DNA from: Eutreptiella sp. 'Long Island Sound 2002'
Taxonomy: Eukaryota; Protista; Euglenida
Reading direction: 5' to 3'
Assembly: GCA_964036045.1 (NCBI GenBank)
Contig: OZ038378.1
Coordinates: forward strand, 13,082,001 to 13,146,000
DNA: 64,000 nucleotides
Shown: piece by piece, positions 60,555 through 64,000 of the stretch
Layout: each line of letters opens with the position of its first letter
How positions within the stretch are numbered: the first letter of the stretch is position 1
Notes under the pieces: generated by a model
What the model was told of the DNA's origin: nothing
Seen by the model: the letters and a program-made list of their open reading frames with translations, nothing else
Database searches by the model: none
Position numbers and translations under genes: made by a program

Positions 60555-61100
60555 CAAAATAGGGAAAAAAACGACGTAAATACGGCCTAAAACATGCTTT
60601 ACATAGCTTGGATGGTCATTTTAGGTGAGCATTGTATCAAAAAAACAAGTTTCGAAAACTTACATTTTTGAGCTGCCCATGGTGAAAAATTGCTAAGGCA
60701 CGTTGCGTACCAATCCCTTGGGAGACCCCCCCCACCGGACCTAATACCCAAATAGGGTGAAAAACATGTAAATACGGCCTAAAACATGCTTTACATAGCT
60801 TGGATGGTCATCTTAAGTGATCATAATATCATAAAAATAAATTTCGAAAACTTCGATTTTTGAGTTGCCGAGGGTGAAAAACCGCGTAAGCAGGTTGTGT
60901 ACCAATCCCTTGGGACACCCCCCCCCCCGGACCTAATACCCAAATAGGGTGAAAAACACGTAAATACGGCCTGAAACATGCTTTACATAGCTTGGATGGT
61001 CACATTGTGTGGTCACAATATCATAAAAAGAAGTTTCGAAAACTTCGATTTTTGAGCTGCCCAGGGTGAAAAACTTGCACTAGCAGGTTGTGTACCGGCC
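60555..61100. repeat. 192-bp tandem repeat, about 2.7 copies
   Basis: GTAAATACGGCCT(A/G)AAACATGCTTTACATAGCTTGGATGGTCA starts at 60576, 60768 and 60960. Confidence 0.92.
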
Positions 61101-62554
61101 CATTCACTAGGCCATTATTGGTGAAAAAAGTCATTTCGCGTCTTTGGCACGGGTTGTGACCGGCTCTAAGCGAGGCTAGAGACTGCAAAAAACGTCCTTC
61201 CGTATCCTAGTAGGCATATATTGTCACAACATCCCCACTCACACCCCTCAGAGTGGGTACCCCGGGGTCACCTAGGCTGCCAAAACCGCCAACATACCAA
61301 AAATGGCTGAAAAGTGCATAAACTGCATTAGCGCTCGTCCCACTCCGCCCCATACAAACCCCATGGAGTCGGGACCCGGAAACACTTTTTCGGCTCAAAA
61401 TCGAAAAAAAAAAACCAAAAGATTCATGATTTTCGGCCCAAAAAAAGGGGGGTCGATTTTTGACCCCCCTCCCTCAAAAGCTCAAAAAAGTGGGTTTCAA
61501 GTGGGGGGGGGGGGTTCTGGGGGGGTCCGGACCTAAAACTCATTGGGGGATGTGTTTATTGGACAAAATAATCATTTTACAAGGGTTTAAATAACAATTC
61601 AGCCCCTTGGGGTAGGGTACGCGAATAGGCCCAAAAAGGCCAAAATGGGGGGGGGGTATGTGGCATTTTCCCTTATATATGCCTGCTGGGCTTTGATCTA
61701 ACAACTTCTGCGAGGTGATTTGGTTGTGCAATGCACTGTTTGATGGCAAACAAGTAACATTGGACACACCCACACCATGATGTATTGAACAACACATAAA
61801 CACACCAAGGCGAAAAAATCAAGTGCATCAACCAAACCCACACAATGACAATACAATGTATTGTTTAATGGATTATCCCATGCACGGGGGCTGGCGCCAG
61901 CCAATGTGTGACCCCGAGGGGTGTTCGACAGTTTGGGGGGCTGTAGGGGGGGGGGGGGGGGACCCCCACCCCCCTCCGAAGGGGGGGGGGGGACCCCTCC
62001 CCCCCCCTTGGTTGACCCAAACCTTGGGGGTCGGCGGGTCGGGCGGTCAGCCGCCGGGCCCCCCGGGGGGGGGGTCGGTGGGTACCCCAACATACATACC
62101 TCAAAATGATCCCCATGACACGCTGATCATTTTGAATATGCACATGTGAGGTAAAATTTTTTTTCAAAAAAAATTTGCCCATCAACTCAGGCTCCCATCA
62201 GCCAAGGTCCGACCCGGAGGCCGGGTCGGGGTCAAAATCCTTTTTTGTGCTTTTTAGCCATTTTTGAATTCTCCACGAAATTCTGAGTATTTTGAGTACA
62301 GACACATAGGGTCGAACAAAAAAATTTCCCCCTGCCCTATGCCTAAAACAAAATCTCCGGCGCCTCTGGCGCCGACAAAGCACATTGTTCCGTACGACAA
62401 TTTTGGGGTCCGTAGAGGGGGGGGGGGGGGTCCCCCCCCTCCCTTTGGGGTCGGGTCCCGGCCAGGGCCAGCCCCCGTGATCCCATGTACCTTTGACTAC
62501 ATGGCCATTCCATTGTCTATCGCCATAGCTTTGATAGAAAACGGAAATGGTGAA

Positions 62555-62838
62555 TCACATATAATTAGCAATTGCCGTTAGTACGTGTGGGACGGAAGAT
62601 CCTTCGTGCACACCTAGATGATGAGCAACATCTGCACTGTTGAAGTGCATTGTAATGTTGCCGCGGTGTACAGTTCTTTGTTGCACGTCATGGAGAACTG
62701 CGCGGTGGAAAATCAGCATCTCATCATCCACCAGTGGTACTATGACTTGTTGGCTATCGTGCCGCATGCGACTTTGGCCAACCCCTCCAATGGTCACAGA
62801 GCAAATCAAATCTCCCAGTGCTTCCTGATCCTTGTGAT
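62555..62838 (-). CDS. AlkB-like 2OG-Fe(II) oxygenase, catalytic exon (ends at stop 62555 or splices at 62585)
   Basis: TTGCAG acceptor; (D)HKDQEALGDLICSVTIGG...VPLVDDEMLIFHRAVLHDV...HRGNITMHF shows HxD...H and R-N-I-T spacing typical of the AlkB fold. Confidence 0.75.
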
Positions 62839-62954
62839 CTGCAATATACAATGGCATAGTGAGTAAATCTTATTAACGTGCAATGCAAATGTAAACATAT
62901 TTGGTATGCAAACGAGGGTACATGGAAAATGAGGTAGTGTACATGCAACAATAC

Positions 62955-63054
62955 CGGGAAGAGGGTGGAAGTCATAGTACTCTTGGTCCATGAGATTCAT
63001 CGGTGTTGCTTTGATCGCAATGTTTGCCACGGAAAACAAGTGCTGAATCATTAC
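62955..63054 (-). CDS. AlkB-like gene, exon upstream of the catalytic exon
   Basis: CTCTAG acceptor, G|GTATTG donor; VMIQHLFSVANIAIKATPMNLMDQEYYDFHPLP; phases match both neighbours (116-nt and 101-nt introns). Confidence 0.68.
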
Positions 63055-63155
63055 CTAGAGAAACATATGCCATTTGATGCACTGTAAACGACTCAATTGC
63101 AACCACCAAGCCACTCTATTTGATTTTCACGGCGGAAAAACAAACAACGGCCTAC

Positions 63156-63255
63156 CTGTATGTCTGGGTGGTTGCTGAAATGTGCTCGCTCCGGGGCTCG
63201 GATTGTGCCATGCCTCTGATTGTAGAATCGTTCTCCCAGTTGTATGACAAACCGT
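63156..63255 (-). CDS. AlkB-like gene, internal exon
   Basis: CATAG acceptor, CAG|GTAGG donor; RFVIQLGERFYNQRHGTIRAPERAHFSNHPDIQ; frame consistent. Confidence 0.62.
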
Positions 63256-63330
63256 CTATGAGTCGGAATAAGAAATGAGTATCATTACCAACAGAATACA
63301 GAACGTCATACTTCGACACAAAAATCATAC

Positions 63331-63456
63331 CCACGGCCAATTTGGTGCCACTCAAACTTGGAGGATAAGTGGTTGGCCAATTGGAAACAGACCAATTGTG
63401 CTGCACTTGACAATTTGATACAAAGCAAATTCGGACCGTGATGATCAAACAACAAC
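63331..63456 (-). CDS. AlkB-like gene, internal exon
   Basis: TGCAG acceptor, GG|GTATGA donor; LLFDHHGPNLLCIKLSSAAQLVCFQLANHLSSKFEWHQIGRG; phase 2 to 2. Confidence 0.6.
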
Positions 63457-63582
63457 CTGCACACATCAAAGTGTCACAGCTTACCGTCAAAAAACTACCC
63501 GGTCGCACCATGCCGTTCCAACACACAAAGGCAACAAATTGGAGTTGTAAAGAGCTATTCCTATGATAACACTGTCACATAC

Positions 63583-63645
63583 CTTTCAATGTCACCATTT
63601 TGGTGATGGTTGGCACTTCTCATGCCTTCATCGGTTGTCGAATCC
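63583..63645 (-). CDS. AlkB-like gene, 63-nt duplicated exon, copy 2
   Basis: TTTTAG acceptor, AAAG|GTATGT donor; DSTTDEGMRSANHHQNGDIE; phase 2 to 2. Confidence 0.6.
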
Positions 63646-63770
63646 CTAAAAACGCACACAAAGGCTTTGGCATGCCTATAAATGGTGCTCAATAATCATA
63701 ACCATGATACCAAAACAACAATGACGAAAAGGCAGAGCATGAAATTCCTACAATCTACGTTCACGCATAC

Positions 63771-63833
63771 CTTTCAACCTCGCGATGTTGCTCATGGTTT
63801 GTGATTCCCATTCCTTCATTAGTTGTTGAATCC
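63771..63833 (-). CDS. AlkB-like gene, 63-nt duplicated exon, copy 1 (gene continues beyond the window)
   Basis: TGTTAG acceptor, AAAG|GTATGC donor; DSTTNEGMGITNHEQHREVE; phase 2 to 2. Confidence 0.58.
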
Positions 63834-64000
63834 CTAACAAATCACATGAGTACTGGCGAACCCATCGATGGTGTTCAATAACCACGACAATGATACAGAA
63901 CCAACAACAAACAACACACAACATTGCAACCACCATGCATCAAACCTAATGTTACGGCATCACAAAGAGCAACTACCATGCCCAAGCAAAGAAGCAATTC

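Noticed and set aside
60555-61100. CRISPR-like array (also considered for the 23-bp and 83-bp repeats)
   Set aside because: Whole units are duplicated with no unique spacers, no cas genes are present and the context is eukaryotic.
50008-63833. Euglenid-type non-conventional introns
   Set aside because: Every intron that could be modelled has GT-AG ends with consistent phases.

Overview
Repeat-rich eukaryotic genomic DNA. A euglenozoan/euglenid-like protist is inferred from TTAGGG repeats, pyrimidine-rich AG acceptors just upstream of start codons, multi-kb GT-AG introns and the kinesin architecture; the organism is not established. Host genes supported: (1) an apparently intronless, signal-peptide-bearing PDI-like protein with no CxxC (minus, 22914-24224); (2) a divergently transcribed intronless kinesin with coiled coil and C2-like tail (plus, 26416-28239); (3) an F-box ORF (36741-37319); (4) a three-exon DsbA/FrnE-like thioredoxin-fold gene (minus, 60181-50008) whose active site reads S-D-V-A-TGA-P-W-C, i.e. 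a predicted UxxC selenoprotein, with a SECIS-like hairpin about 220 nt past the stop, and whose first exon the ORF track misses; (5) a multi-exon AlkB-like 2OG-Fe(II) oxygenase gene (minus, 63833-62555, 5' end outside the window) with a tandemly duplicated 63-nt exon. The rest is mostly mobile or repetitive DNA: a ~23-bp GC-rich minisatellite (~5.5-11.6 kb) interrupted by a 1181-bp insertion with telomeric repeats at both ends and a 15-bp target-site duplication; a ~9.5-kb decayed non-LTR retrotransposon (ORF1, APE, RT, RNase H); a 2745-bp pogo/Tigger-like transposon with 16-bp TIRs and TA duplication; several MITEs, LINE fragments and tandem repeats. Coordinates were read by eye; no searches or folding programs were run.
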